Position numbers and translations under genes: made by a program | In this document: positions 10,194-19,888 of the stretch, piece after piece | How the letters are laid out: each line of letters starts with the position of its first letter | Numbering within the stretch: the stretch's first letter is position 1 | The notes under the pieces: generated by a model | Told to the model about the DNA's origin: nothing | The model's input: only the letters and a program-made list of their open reading frames with translations | Database searches by the model: none | Assembly (NCBI GenBank): GCA_046581755.1 | Contig: JAYGFR010000400.1 | Location: forward strand, 1-38,424 | Length of the DNA stretch: 38,424 nucleotides | Direction: 5' to 3' | Source of the DNA: Nitrospinota bacterium | Lineage (GTDB): Bacteria > UBA8248

Positions 10194-10910
10194 TTAGACC
10201 GGCGGCCAGATACGCTCCCCCAGGGTAGGCGAGCCCGGCGCATGGATGAGGCTTTTCACCGCGTTGCGTGAACGCTCCACGGATTCGGTCGTGAAATTTT
10301 TCGTGAGGGATTCGAGAGAGACCCACTCGTACATGATCCCGTGTTTGGGCCATCCCGAAACCGAAATCAGGTTTCGCGCGCCGACGCATCCTTCCATCTC
10401 CTCCAGCCGGGGCATCCGCACCTGGGCGTACCAGGAGCCGAGTTCGTCCTCGTTTTCCAGCGCGTTGATGTTGAAGGTGCCGATCTGGATGGCGGGGCCG
10501 GGCGTGATGCCTGGCGCGCGGGTGTTCGCCTCGAAGCCGTCGATGCGGTCGCGCTCCATGAAGATACACGAGCGCTCGCCGATCCGCCGTCCGAACATCT
10601 CCCGCTCCTCGGAGGTCCTTTTCTCGGTGAGCTGGGCCGGGCTGGGGTCCAGGAAGGTGGTCGGAAGCGCCGCCCCGAAGAGGAGGAGGTAGTCATTCCC
10701 GGCGGGGACGCTCGCGTCATCGGTGTGGGTGAGGTTTTTGCCTTTATTTTTTTCCCGCTCCTCGTCCCAGATGTTGGCGACATGGGCGGCCCAGAGGTAT
10801 CCGGGCCGCTCGAGGGCCTCGGGGAGGTGCACCTCGTGAAGCCATGAGATGTATTCTTCTTTTCCCTCCCCGGGAAGATCGTACCAGGTGGCCCAGATGC
10901 CTCGATCCAT
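10194..10910 (-). CDS. Conserved hypothetical protein, probably two dimeric alpha/beta-barrel (EthD/DUF4286-like) repeats
   Basis: AAGGAG RBS; two similar halves (EEYISWLHEVHLPEALERPGY / DELGSWYAQVRMPRLEEMEGC). Confidence 0.7.
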   Translation of the reverse strand: MDRGIWATWYDLPGEGKEEYISWLHEVHLPEALERPGYLWAAHVANIWDEEREKNKGKNLTHTDDASVPAGNDYLLLFGAALPTTFLDPSPAQLTEKRTSEEREMFGRRIGERSCIFMERDRIDGFEANTRAPGITPGPAIQIGTFNINALENEDELGSWYAQVRMPRLEEMEGCVGARNLISVSGWPKHGIMYEWVSLESLTKNFTTESVERSRNAVKSLIHAPGSPTLGERIWPPV

Positions 10911-10937
10911 CGAATTTCTCCTTTTAAAAAAGCCGGA

Positions 10938-11606
10938 TTATTTTTCCTGAAATGAGTCGTTCGGTTCCGGAAATTTCTCGGGCCAGTGGTCGAGGACGTC
11001 CTGCAGATAAGCCTTGAGCTTGTCCGGGTCCGGCCGGAGGCGGCCGACCTCGTTGACCAGTGAGTCGTCGTCGAGCGGAAGCTTGAGGGAATCGTGGTAG
11101 CGGTTCCGCATGTTGAAATAGCTGGTCACGAAGGTGAGTTCGACGAATTCGGCGTCGGAAAAATGTTTCTGGACTTCCTCCGCGATATCGTCCCGGGCCT
11201 TGGCCGTATTCTTTGTGACGTGCTCGGCCCAAAGGACCGCGGCTTTCTCCCGGGGGGTGAGCAGGGGCGATTCCATGTAATCGTCCGAGCCGATGACCTC
11301 GACGTGCTCTGCGGTAATTCCCAGCGCACGGCCGAGAGTGGTGTTGTGGGCCAATCAGTAATCGCACCCGTTGATCTGGCTCGTCTTGATAACAGCGAAC
11401 TCCTTGAGTTTCGAGGGCAGGACAGTTCCCAGGCCTTCGCGCATCAAGGTCTGCACGAGCGGGTAAAAAATACGGGCCAGGAACGGAGAGTTCGCCGTCG
11501 CCCGGGTGGAATTGACCTGGTGCCGCCGGAACTTTCCCAAAATATCGAAAGTGCGGCGGATTTCGCCCTCGGCGGTCTCCGGATCCAGCAATGGCACCCT
11601 GGACAT
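10938..11606 (-). CDS. Carboxymuconolactone decarboxylase/AhpD-like protein, probable selenoprotein (CxxU, TGA at 11355-11357)
   Basis: GGGAGG RBS, ATG 11606. The sequence ...LKEFAVIKTSQINGCDY-TGA-LAHNTTLGRALG... continues in the same frame through CMD features (LTPREKAAVLWAEHVT, FSDAEFVELT, YFNMRNR). 222 aa in total. Confidence 0.82.
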
Positions 11607-11999
11607 GACAGGCCCTCCCTTCGGCCTTCGGACGGAATTTGTGCGGCGATGATGATGACCCGGGTCCTGTTCCCGGCTGCTCTCATATCTTCTATGATAG
11701 CCCATCAGAGGACAAATCCACGTCATGGTATCTGGAGGACTCCAGAAAGTGTATACGGCAACCAGCGAAAAGATTCTTCCCGTCACCATCGCCGGCTCGC
11801 TGCCCAGGCCGGCCTGGTTCGCCGAAAATCTCGCCGGCCGGTCTTTTCGCACCGCCATCGTGGACCGGACCTTCCGGGAGCAGTATCTCGATGCGGTCTC
11901 CGCCTTTAACCGCGACCAGGAGCGCGCAGGCCTGGAAATCGTGACTGACGGCGACGCGCGGTCGGACAACGACGTCGGCGGGGGCTCCTGGCTCACCTA

Positions 12000-13248
12000 T
12001 GGGGACTTCTAAAAACCGCCTAATTTCCCCTGATTTTGTGTTGTCGTAGCATTCTAGCAACAATTCATAACCATTTTCCATCTTGTCTTCGGCCACCGGA
12101 GCTCCGGAGAGCCTCCCGATGGCCGATTTTTCTCATGCGCGCGCAGGTATCCCGTCTCTCGCCAACCAGACAAGGCGGCGCATGTTGTAGACCAGGTTCA
12201 TCATTCCGATCTTGGTTCGGGCCCTGGCAATGCCGATCGTGCGAACCAGCTTGCCGCCCATGGCGCTTTCCTGGAAAGCGAAGACATGCTCGACGCGATC
12301 CCGGACCCTGGAGCGGCGGGCCCTCACATGGCCCTGGTACTTGGATAAGGGCTTGCCCCGTTTGCCGCGCCGCTGCAGCTGGCTGATAAAACCATTTTCC
12401 TTCAGGTGGCGCTCGGCATCCGCTGAGCGATAGGCGCTGTCAGACCAGACCTTCGAAGAGGTGTTCGCCTCGTCCAGAAGGTGGGTGAGGAGCTGGCTGT
12501 CATGAACGGCGGCATCGGTGACCTTATAGCGGCGAACCAGCTTGTGGCGGCGGTCCACGCTCACATGGTTCTTGTAGCCGAAGTGACTCTTGCCGTGCTT
12601 CTTTGTCCAGCGGGCGTCCACATCTTTTTGTGCCCGCTGGCGGGGTTTGGCCTTCCAGGCACCAGGAACCTCGCCCGACTTGATCGCTTCGTTCTCACCC
12701 CGGCGGTTGCGCCTCGCCGGGACCCGCACGATCGAGGCATCCACGATCTGGCCACCCATGGCCAGGAACCCCTCATCCCGGAGCACCCGATCAAAGCGAT
12801 CGAACAAAGCCTCGACCACGCCCGCCTGCATCCAGTGTTCCCTGTAGAGCCAGATCGTCTTCGCGTCCGGCCCCTTGTCCGCCAGGCCCAATCCCAGGAA
12901 CCGCATGAATGACAGGCGGTCCCGGATCAGATATTCCGCCGCGTCATCTCCAAGGTTGTACAAGCTTTGCAATTCCAGGATCTTGAACATCATGACCGAA
13001 TCCATCGGAGGGCGACCCCCCAGGCTCCGCTCCTTGCGCTCAAGCGCATCCTCCAGAAGAGAGCGGAAATCCTCGAACGAAACTATCCGGCTCAAACGCT
13101 CAAGCGGGTCGCCTCCCTCACTCAAAAGAGTATACCGAGCATCAAGATCAAAAAATCCAGGTTGCGAGGTCACCATCTATCCTCCGGGGCGGGAGGACTC
13201 TATTGGATCACATCAGAGTGAAAATAGGGAAGTTTTTAGAGGTGCCCC
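12000..13248 (-). mobile_element. IS5-family insertion sequence (~1.25 kb)
   Basis: Terminal inverted repeats TGGGGACTTCTAAAAAC / GGGGCACCTCTAAAAAC match at 14 of 17 positions. TA is duplicated at 11998-11999 and 13249-13250. CCTA also occurs on both sides, so the right boundary is uncertain by ~2 bp. Confidence 0.92.
12133..13176 (-). CDS. IS5 family transposase (DDE)
   Basis: GGRPP, DRLSFMRFLGL, PDAKTIW, IVDASIV, DVDARWTKK, FGYKNH, DSAY, RVEHVF; ORF intact at 347 aa. Confidence 0.96.
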   Translation of the reverse strand: MVTSQPGFFDLDARYTLLSEGGDPLERLSRIVSFEDFRSLLEDALERKERSLGGRPPMDSVMMFKILELQSLYNLGDDAAEYLIRDRLSFMRFLGLGLADKGPDAKTIWLYREHWMQAGVVEALFDRFDRVLRDEGFLAMGGQIVDASIVRVPARRNRRGENEAIKSGEVPGAWKAKPRQRAQKDVDARWTKKHGKSHFGYKNHVSVDRRHKLVRRYKVTDAAVHDSQLLTHLLDEANTSSKVWSDSAYRSADAERHLKENGFISQLQRRGKRGKPLSKYQGHVRARRSRVRDRVEHVFAFQESAMGGKLVRTIGIARARTKIGMMNLVYNMRRLVWLARDGIPARA

Positions 13249-14319
13249 TACGTGATGGAGCGCATCGGCGGTGTTTCCGAATGCCGCTCGGTCGAATACA
13301 AGTGTCCTCACAGAAACGCCCAGCCGCCTGGAAGCCTTCTCTTCGAAGTGCATAACGCGAGAGCGTTCCTCATCGTTACGGGAAAGATCGGCCGCGGGCA
13401 CATTGAGTTGCCCCATCTCTGGCGGGCGGCCCAGCAGATGACGGCCCGGACCGTCAAAATCGGGGTGCCCTCTCCCGAGCGGATAGGGGGGATGCTGCCC
13501 GACGTTCACTACGCAGACAGAAAAGAGCTCGTCGCCGATCTGTGCGATGTCATGAACGCGGAGTTTCACCGGCTGGCCGGGGCGGGCGCCTCCGTTTTTC
13601 AGGTGGAACAGCCCTGGGTGCACCGGGTGGATTACACGAGCGAGGATGCCGATGCCCGGGCGGAGGAGAGCGTCGCCGTCTTCAACCGTGGAGTGCGGGG
13701 CCTTCGCGGGAAGCTCGAGCTTTGGTGCCACGCTGGCTGGGGCAACCCCGCCCAGCAGAGCACCGGCGGTCCGGATAACCGCTACGGGGCTGCCCTCGAA
13801 TTTATGAACGAGTTGGACGTGGATGTTCTCGCTTTCGAGTGCGCCAGCTCGGGCGGAGCCGAAATCGGGGAGATCGCCCAAAAAATCACCAAGCCGAAGA
13901 TCGTCATCGGGGCGGTCGATGCCCGGACCCTTCAGGTGGAGCGCCCCGAGGAGGTGGCCGCCCTGATACGGAGGGCCCTCGAAGTCATCCCCGCCGGGCG
14001 GCTCTGCATTACGACCGACACCGGCTTCGGGCGCGAGGGCATGGGCCGGAGGCACGCCTTCTACAAGATGGTGGCTCTTGTCCTGGGCGCGAACATCGTC
14101 CGCCGGGAGATCGGCGCTCCCGAGGCCGATGTTCTCGCGGCCGACGGGCGTTTCGCCTTCCTGGACGATGAATAAGGCCGGGTGGCCCTGGATTGAAATC
14201 GGGCCGTCCGTCCCCTAAGCTCGTCCCATCCCCAAGGGATTTCGGTATCCGGGCGGCGATCCCCGCCGCCCCGGATGCGGACCTCCGCCATCGTTCATTG
14301 CGAGGGGAAGGATTCTTTC

Positions 14320-14703
14320 ATGGCCAAAGTGTTGAGCGTAAAAAACATTCCCACCGAGTTGAAGTACGAGCCGGGCTTCGAGCTCAAATTCGGAATTACC
14401 GACGAGACGACCGGCATTCAGACCGCCACGCTTCTCAGGACCCATTTTCCGCCGGGCAGCAAAAGCAAGCGTCATTACCATACCGAGGGAGACCTCATCT
14501 GGTACTGCATATCGGGAAAGGCGGTCTGGTACATCGGAGAGGAGCAGGAAGAGTTCGTCACCGAGGCGGGAGATTTCATGTACATCCCGCGGAATGAGAT
14601 TCACTGCACCGCCGTTCCGAGCGAGACCGAGCCCGTCGAGGGCGTCGGCGGCTACGGAGGGTGCGCGAACCCGTATAAGAGCGGAAAAACCTTTGTGGAG
14701 TGA
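14320..14703 (+). CDS. Cupin domain protein
   Basis: RHYH....WYCISG and GDFMYIPRNEIH. Confidence 0.85.
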   Translation: MAKVLSVKNIPTELKYEPGFELKFGITDETTGIQTATLLRTHFPPGSKSKRHYHTEGDLIWYCISGKAVWYIGEEQEEFVTEAGDFMYIPRNEIHCTAVPSETEPVEGVGGYGGCANPYKSGKTFVE

Positions 14704-14808
14704 TTCTTGGAACGCCGGCTCTCCGAGGACATGGGTGTCCGCCGGAGGGGGATTTTATTTGTGTATTCATGCCGAATTTTTTATCGAAACGAGAGCGGGA
14801 GGGGCTGA

Positions 14809-15932
14809 ATGAACGCTCGGGGGCTGGAGAAGAATCCGATTGGCCTGGCCATCGTTGGCTGCGGAAAGGTGGGACGGATCCGGGGGCGGTGCGCGGCCGA
14901 GTATCCGGGAACGGAATGGATCGGCTGCTGCGACGTGGACGAGAAGCGCGGGAAACAGCTCGCCGAGGATTTGGGAGCCGATTTTTCACGACGGACTACC
15001 GCGAGCTCCTGGCGCGCTCGGAGGTGAACGCCGCCGTTCTCGCGACGGACGAGAACGAGCACGCCGGAACCCTCTGGGCCGCCATCGAGGGCGGCCACAA
15101 GATATTGGTGGAAAAGCCCCTGGCGACGAACGCGGTCGAGTCGGCGAAGATCGTCGAGGCCGCCGAAAAAGCCGGTTCCGATCTCCTGGTTGGATATACC
15201 CAGCGTTTCCGCCGCCGCTGGCTCATCGCCAAGGAGCAGGTTTCCTCGGGCCAGCTGGGCGATATCACCTCGGCGACGACGCGAGCGTTTTTGAACCGGA
15301 TGGTGGGCATCACCCGGTTGGAAGTGAACGAGGACCGCTCGAAGTTGAGCCCGATGGTGATCTCGGGCACGCACGCGCTGGACGTGATCTTCTGGGTGCT
15401 GGGGGAGGAGAAAAAACCCGTTGAGGTGTACGCCCGCTCGGTCGAGAAAACGCTCACGGGGATCGGGACGAAGGACGCGACCTTTAGCATCTTCACCTTC
15501 GAGGACGGCACGTTGTGGAGCATGTCGTGCTGCTGGAGCCTTCCGGTGGTGTGGCCGGCTTCGACCTATAGCCTCGAAGTCGGAATCGTGGGCACCGAAG
15601 GGGTTTTGACCATTGACGACACCCACCGGGACATGGTGATGGCCTCGGAGAAACCCTGGCAGACCCATCGGGGGCGGCGGGACGAGAAGTACATGACGTT
15701 CCTGGGGAGCTATCCGCCGGGCGACATGGTGGATGGCCAGTTCTGGGGCCCGATGCGCGAGGAGACAAACTCCTGGCTCGCCAGGCTCTATACCGGGGTG
15801 AAAACCCCGCACGCCACCGGGGCCGACGGCCACCGCAACCTCATGATGACGATGGCCTGCGATCTGTCCGCCAAGCGGAAAAAGCCGGTTGCGCTGCCGG
15901 TCTCGCCCGAGGAGATCGAAGAGGACCTGTAG
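14809..15932 (+). pseudogene. Gfo/Idh/MocA family oxidoreductase with one frameshift
   Basis: The N-terminus 'LAIVGCGKVG' lies in ORF 14809. One T is missing in the run at 14982-14986 (GAD-F-F-TTDY). The rest (ILVEKPLA, VGYTQRF, GTHALD) is in the next frame. Confidence 0.85.
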
Positions 15933-16033
15933 GATGGGTGCCCGGCCAGAAGCCGGGTTTTTCGCCTGGCGCAAGAATGGAACCCGGTTTCGAAAATTCT
16001 TGCGGAATCGGCAGGGGAGAAGCTGGGGCCGGA

Positions 16034-16390
16034 CTAAAATTCTTCCTGGATTTCCTCGGCGGGGAATGCCTGTTTCATCGCATCCTCGAAATCGGCCTGT
16101 ATATTTTCCGGGACCTGAACCGAAAAGCCAACGTTCCACGTCGGAGGGTCGGTCTTGTTCTCCACCCTCCGGGCGGCGGTGGCGCGGCATCCCGGGAAAT
16201 TTTTCCCCTTGATCTCGATGGCGCATTCGATTTCCTCGTCAGGTTCCAGCTCCCGGGGGGACTCGAGCATGAACCCGCCAAAACTGATGTCCCTCGGGGA
16301 AAGGAGGACGTCGGATACCGAGGGGGCGTCGATCAAGACAAGATTCGAATAAACCGGATGCCGGCTGAAAATGCGGTGTTCGCTAGTCAT
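16034..16390 (-). CDS. Stand-alone PilZ domain protein
   Basis: RxxxR (RIFSR) and DxSxGG (DISFGG) c-di-GMP-binding motifs; 118 aa. Confidence 0.75.
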   Translation of the reverse strand: MTSEHRIFSRHPVYSNLVLIDAPSVSDVLLSPRDISFGGFMLESPRELEPDEEIECAIEIKGKNFPGCRATAARRVENKTDPPTWNVGFSVQVPENIQADFEDAMKQAFPAEEIQEEF

Positions 16391-16877
16391 GAAGGGTTCT
16401 CTTTGCCCGATCTTGAAAAGAGGCTGATTGATTCACCCGTGGCTCCCGAGTCCTTCGCCTGGCGAAAATGCGGGGAGGGTCACCGGAGAAATCGGGCTGA
16501 ATTTCTCCCCGAATTCTCCCCCCGAATGACAACGCCACGTTCACCCCGAAAATTCCGGGCAAATAAGTCATTACCATTCAAACCGCTGAAAAGAAAGATT
16601 GTACTCAGCTTTTAACAACCTGTCGATGAGATGGCGGTCCGCCCGCCGAATGGGGCCGGCGGCGCCTGCCCCCGGAGTCCCGAAGGATGAATATTTGAGC
16701 GCGGAATTGTTCAAATAATTCAAATTTCCATGCGCCGTTTCAGGACGAAGTGTGGCTTTCATGATAGATTTATTTGAAGGTATGATAAAATGGATAGCGA
16801 TTCTGGTGAAGAAATTTTACCAGGCACGGCCCGGCAGGGGCCGCGGGACAATCGTAACCCAGGATAGGAATCAATCG

Positions 16878-17465
16878 ATGAGCGGCGAAGCAGGAAAAGG
16901 ACCATCCCGCCCGGCCGAAGGCGGAATTCCCCAAAACCCACCGCAGGCTCGCCCACTGAAAATCCGGCCTACGATTTCTCCGCAGCTCCACAGTCTTATC
17001 CACAAGCTTCAGAAAAACTATCATTTCTTCTCGGATATGACCGAAGATGAAGTCAGCGAATTCCTCCGGATGTGCAAGCAGGAAACCTACAAAGAGGGAA
17101 AAAAGATTTTCTCCGAGGGTGACAGCGCCGACCATTTTTATCTTCTGGTTTCCGGCGAGATTTCCATCATCATTAATGAAAAAGAGGTGGCCCGCCTGGA
17201 GCCGGGAGAGGTCTTCGGGGAGATGGCCCTGCTGGAAAATATTCCCCGGTCGGCTACCGCGGTATCGGCGGTGCATTCGGTATTGTTTTTCATCCCCGTG
17301 AAAGCCCTGAGCCAAAGATTGCCCGGACTGGCCTATAAAGTCCTTCTCGGTGTTGCGGAGCAGATGTCGGCCCGGCTCCGCGAGGCGAACGAGCACATTG
17401 CCGTTCCCAAAAAAGAAGCCCAAGGCGAGGAAAATTCCGAAGCGTGGCCTCGAAAAGACGAATAA
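16878..17465 (+). CDS. Cyclic nucleotide-binding domain protein (no HTH)
   Basis: IFSEGDSADHFYLLVSGEI and GEVFGEMALL...PRSATA; start codon uncertain. Confidence 0.88.
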   Translation: MSGEAGKGPSRPAEGGIPQNPPQARPLKIRPTISPQLHSLIHKLQKNYHFFSDMTEDEVSEFLRMCKQETYKEGKKIFSEGDSADHFYLLVSGEISIIINEKEVARLEPGEVFGEMALLENIPRSATAVSAVHSVLFFIPVKALSQRLPGLAYKVLLGVAEQMSARLREANEHIAVPKKEAQGEENSEAWPRKDE

Positions 17466-17632
17466 GCGGTTTCCGGCCCGCCGCCGCCCCGGCCAGCTTG
17501 CCGGTGCTTCGCCCCCCAGTATAACCTGACGGTATCGTTTCGAATCTTGCCGAATCCCCGGAGGGTCCGGACCCGCATCCCCGGTCGCAGGCCGCCCGGA
17601 AGGATCGTCCCAGGGCGGTCTGTGGTGGCGGT

Positions 17633-18028
17633 TCATTCTTTCGGAGGCTGGACCAACTCGATGATGACGCTGTCGGGCCCCGCGACGAAGGCGACCGTGT
17701 TGCCGGTGCTGCCCGTGAGGAGGGGCTCGGCCAGCTTACCGCCGTGCTCTTCGATCCGCCGGAGCATTTCTTCGAGATCCTCGACGATGAATCCGAAATG
17801 ATGGATGCCCAGGGGTTTGTCTTTGTCCACCTGGCCGATAATGTCCGTTTCGCGTATGCCGCGGATGTTCAGGGCAGCCTCGCCCAGACGCAACGAAACA
17901 TTCCGGGCGCCGCGCCGCTCGACCGAGGCCGTGATTTCGGCACCGAAGACTCCGGCGTACCATTCCGCCGCGGCCTCCGGGTCTTCGCTGATGATGTGGA
18001 CGTGGTGGAAGCTTCCAAGTATGGGCAT
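17633..18028 (-). CDS. VOC/glyoxalase family protein
   Basis: FHHVHI..EDPEAAAEWY, GIHHFGFIVEDL, FVAGPDSVIIELVQ. Confidence 0.9.
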   Translation of the reverse strand: MPILGSFHHVHIISEDPEAAAEWYAGVFGAEITASVERRGARNVSLRLGEAALNIRGIRETDIIGQVDKDKPLGIHHFGFIVEDLEEMLRRIEEHGGKLAEPLLTGSTGNTVAFVAGPDSVIIELVQPPKE

Positions 18029-18171
18029 GAGGGATTCCTTTTCATCGTGGTGCGGGGAGGGCCCCGGACCCATGCGGGAGGGCGCATCTCGCCCAGAGGC
18101 GGCGCCAGAATAATCCGGCAACGTATTTGTTATTTTCCGGTCATTTTAAAACTTTTAAAGGAGAAAAAGCG

Positions 18172-19065
18172 ATGGGAGAGCGAGTCGGTATCGTCGGGAT
18201 CGGCCTCATGGGGTCGGCCCTTTCCGCGAATCTCATGCAGGCCGGTTTCGAGGTACAGGGCTACGACGTGGACGGCAAGCGGGTGGACGAGTTCGCCGAT
18301 CGGGGAGGGATTCCCGTGGAATCCGCCGCGGCGGCGGCCAAGGGCGCCCGCTGGATAGTGACCTCGCTTCCCACGAGCGACATCGTGCGCGAGGCTGTGT
18401 TCGGAGAGGGCGGCATCCTCGAGGGAGCGGAGGAGGGGCTCCTCCTCGCCGACTCGACGACCTCTCGGCCCGAGGATTCGGAGCGGCTCGGCGCCGAGCT
18501 GGCCGAGCGGGGAATCCGCTTCCTCGATGCGGCGGTGAGCGGCACGAGCACCATGGCCTGGAAGAAAGACCTCATCATCATCGCCGGCGGCGCGAAGGAG
18601 GATTTCGATGCGTGCCGCCCCTACTTCGAGGGCATGGCGCGGGCGGCCTATCACATGGGCCCGGTCGGCTCCGGCGCGGTGAGCAAGCTCATCATCAATC
18701 TCGTACTCGCGGGAAACCGCCTCGCCCTGGCTGAGGGGTTGATCCTCGGAACCAAGGCGGGGATGGAGATGAATAATCTCCTCGCCGTTTTGCAGGATGG
18801 CGCCTGCAGTTCGAAGACGATGATCGACAAGGGCCCCAAGATGATCAACGCCGATTACTCTCCCGAGGGGCTGGTGCGGATTGCGCTCAAGGACTCCCGC
18901 CTCATGCTCGAGCAGGGGCAGCGTTTCGGCTCCCCGATGCTGCTGACGAACGTGTGGTCCCAGGTCGCGCAGGCCGCCTACCAGGCGGGGCTGGCCGAGA
19001 AAGACTCGGTCGCGTTTTACGAGGTGCTGCGGGGGATGGCGGGCCTGGAGCAACGGACCGGCTAA
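18172..19065 (+). CDS. NAD(P)-dependent beta-hydroxyacid dehydrogenase (3-hydroxyisobutyrate dehydrogenase family)
   Basis: AAGGAG RBS; GIVGIGLMG, FLDAAVSG, GSGAVSKLIIN, LKDSRL. Confidence 0.92.
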   Translation: MGERVGIVGIGLMGSALSANLMQAGFEVQGYDVDGKRVDEFADRGGIPVESAAAAAKGARWIVTSLPTSDIVREAVFGEGGILEGAEEGLLLADSTTSRPEDSERLGAELAERGIRFLDAAVSGTSTMAWKKDLIIIAGGAKEDFDACRPYFEGMARAAYHMGPVGSGAVSKLIINLVLAGNRLALAEGLILGTKAGMEMNNLLAVLQDGACSSKTMIDKGPKMINADYSPEGLVRIALKDSRLMLEQGQRFGSPMLLTNVWSQVAQAAYQAGLAEKDSVAFYEVLRGMAGLEQRTG

Positions 19066-19077
19066 AAGGAGGGGCGC

Positions 19078-19815
19078 ATGAGCGATTCCGCGATGGATTT
19101 CGAGGGGCAAACCGTCATCGTCACCGGCGGCGCGACGGGGATCGGCGAATCGTGCGCGCACCTGTTCGCCCGGCGCGGCGCATCGGTCACGGTGATGGAC
19201 ATCGATGCCGCCGGAGCCGGGCGGGTGGGGGACGAGGTGCGGGGGGAAGGGGGCGAGGCCGAAACCTCGGTGGTCAATCTCACCGATTTTCAGGCTACCC
19301 GCCGCACGGGCAGGCTGAATATTCTGGTCCATAGCGCCGGAGGCTTTCCCCGCTACATCAGCCTCCTGGATATTCCGGTCGAGGACTGGGATGGCGTCTT
19401 GGACAACAATCTCAAGTCGATGTTTTATCTGCTCAAGGCGGTGGCTCCGCTGATGATCGAGGGCGGCTACGGGCGTATCGTCACGCTATCGAGCGCGGCG
19501 GCCCGGTCCAGCAACCATTCGCCCCACTACACTTCCGCCAAGACGGGCGTTCTCGGCCTGACGCGCCAGGCGGCCCGCGAGCTCGGCCCTCACGGTATCA
19601 CCGTGAACGCGGTGGCGCCCGCGAGCGTCAACACTCCGCGCACCATGGGGATGCGGACCGAGACGCAGGTGGAGAATATCGAGCGGGCCACGCCCCTCCA
19701 GCGAATGTGCGAGCCCGAGGAGATCGCCTGGCCGATTCTTTTTTTGTGCAGCCGCGAGGCGGGCTACATCACCGGGGTCACGCTCGACATCAACGGCGGA
19801 AGCACAATGGTCTAG
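19078..19815 (+). CDS. Short-chain dehydrogenase/reductase (apparent ~8 aa internal deletion)
   Basis: TGGATGIG, YTSAK, GITVNAVAP, ITGVTLDINGG; the segment NLTD...GRLNIL is abnormally short. Confidence 0.88.
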   Translation: MSDSAMDFEGQTVIVTGGATGIGESCAHLFARRGASVTVMDIDAAGAGRVGDEVRGEGGEAETSVVNLTDFQATRRTGRLNILVHSAGGFPRYISLLDIPVEDWDGVLDNNLKSMFYLLKAVAPLMIEGGYGRIVTLSSAAARSSNHSPHYTSAKTGVLGLTRQAARELGPHGITVNAVAPASVNTPRTMGMRTETQVENIERATPLQRMCEPEEIAWPILFLCSREAGYITGVTLDINGGSTMV

Positions 19816-19888
19816 GAGTGCGCGGGGGGTGGCCGGATAGCGCCCCGGCATTCGCGGGGTTCTTCTTCTCATCATTCGAGGATTTATC

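Larger units (their letters stand above)
11749..14175 (+). pseudogene. Cobalamin-independent methionine synthase II (MetE C-terminal-like) family gene interrupted by IS5
   Basis: GGAGGA RBS and GTG; motifs 'TIAGSLPRP', 'DQERAGLEIVTDGD', 'IGAVDARTLQVERPEEVA'. Removing 12000-13250 restores ...W-L-T-Y-V-M-E-R... in frame. Confidence 0.9.

Noticed and set aside
11607..11996. N-terminal extension of ORF 11355-11996
   Set aside because: Overlaps the MetE-like gene on the other strand; the RBS-supported start is 11606.
14700..14985. N-terminus of the 410-aa ORF 14700-15932
   Set aside because: Frameshift artefact; the real Rossmann motif is in the frame starting at 14809.
16689..16721. Inverted repeat TATTTGA-N12-TCAAATA between the PilZ and CNBD genes
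   Set aside because: Short, in AT-rich DNA, and matches no motif I can name.
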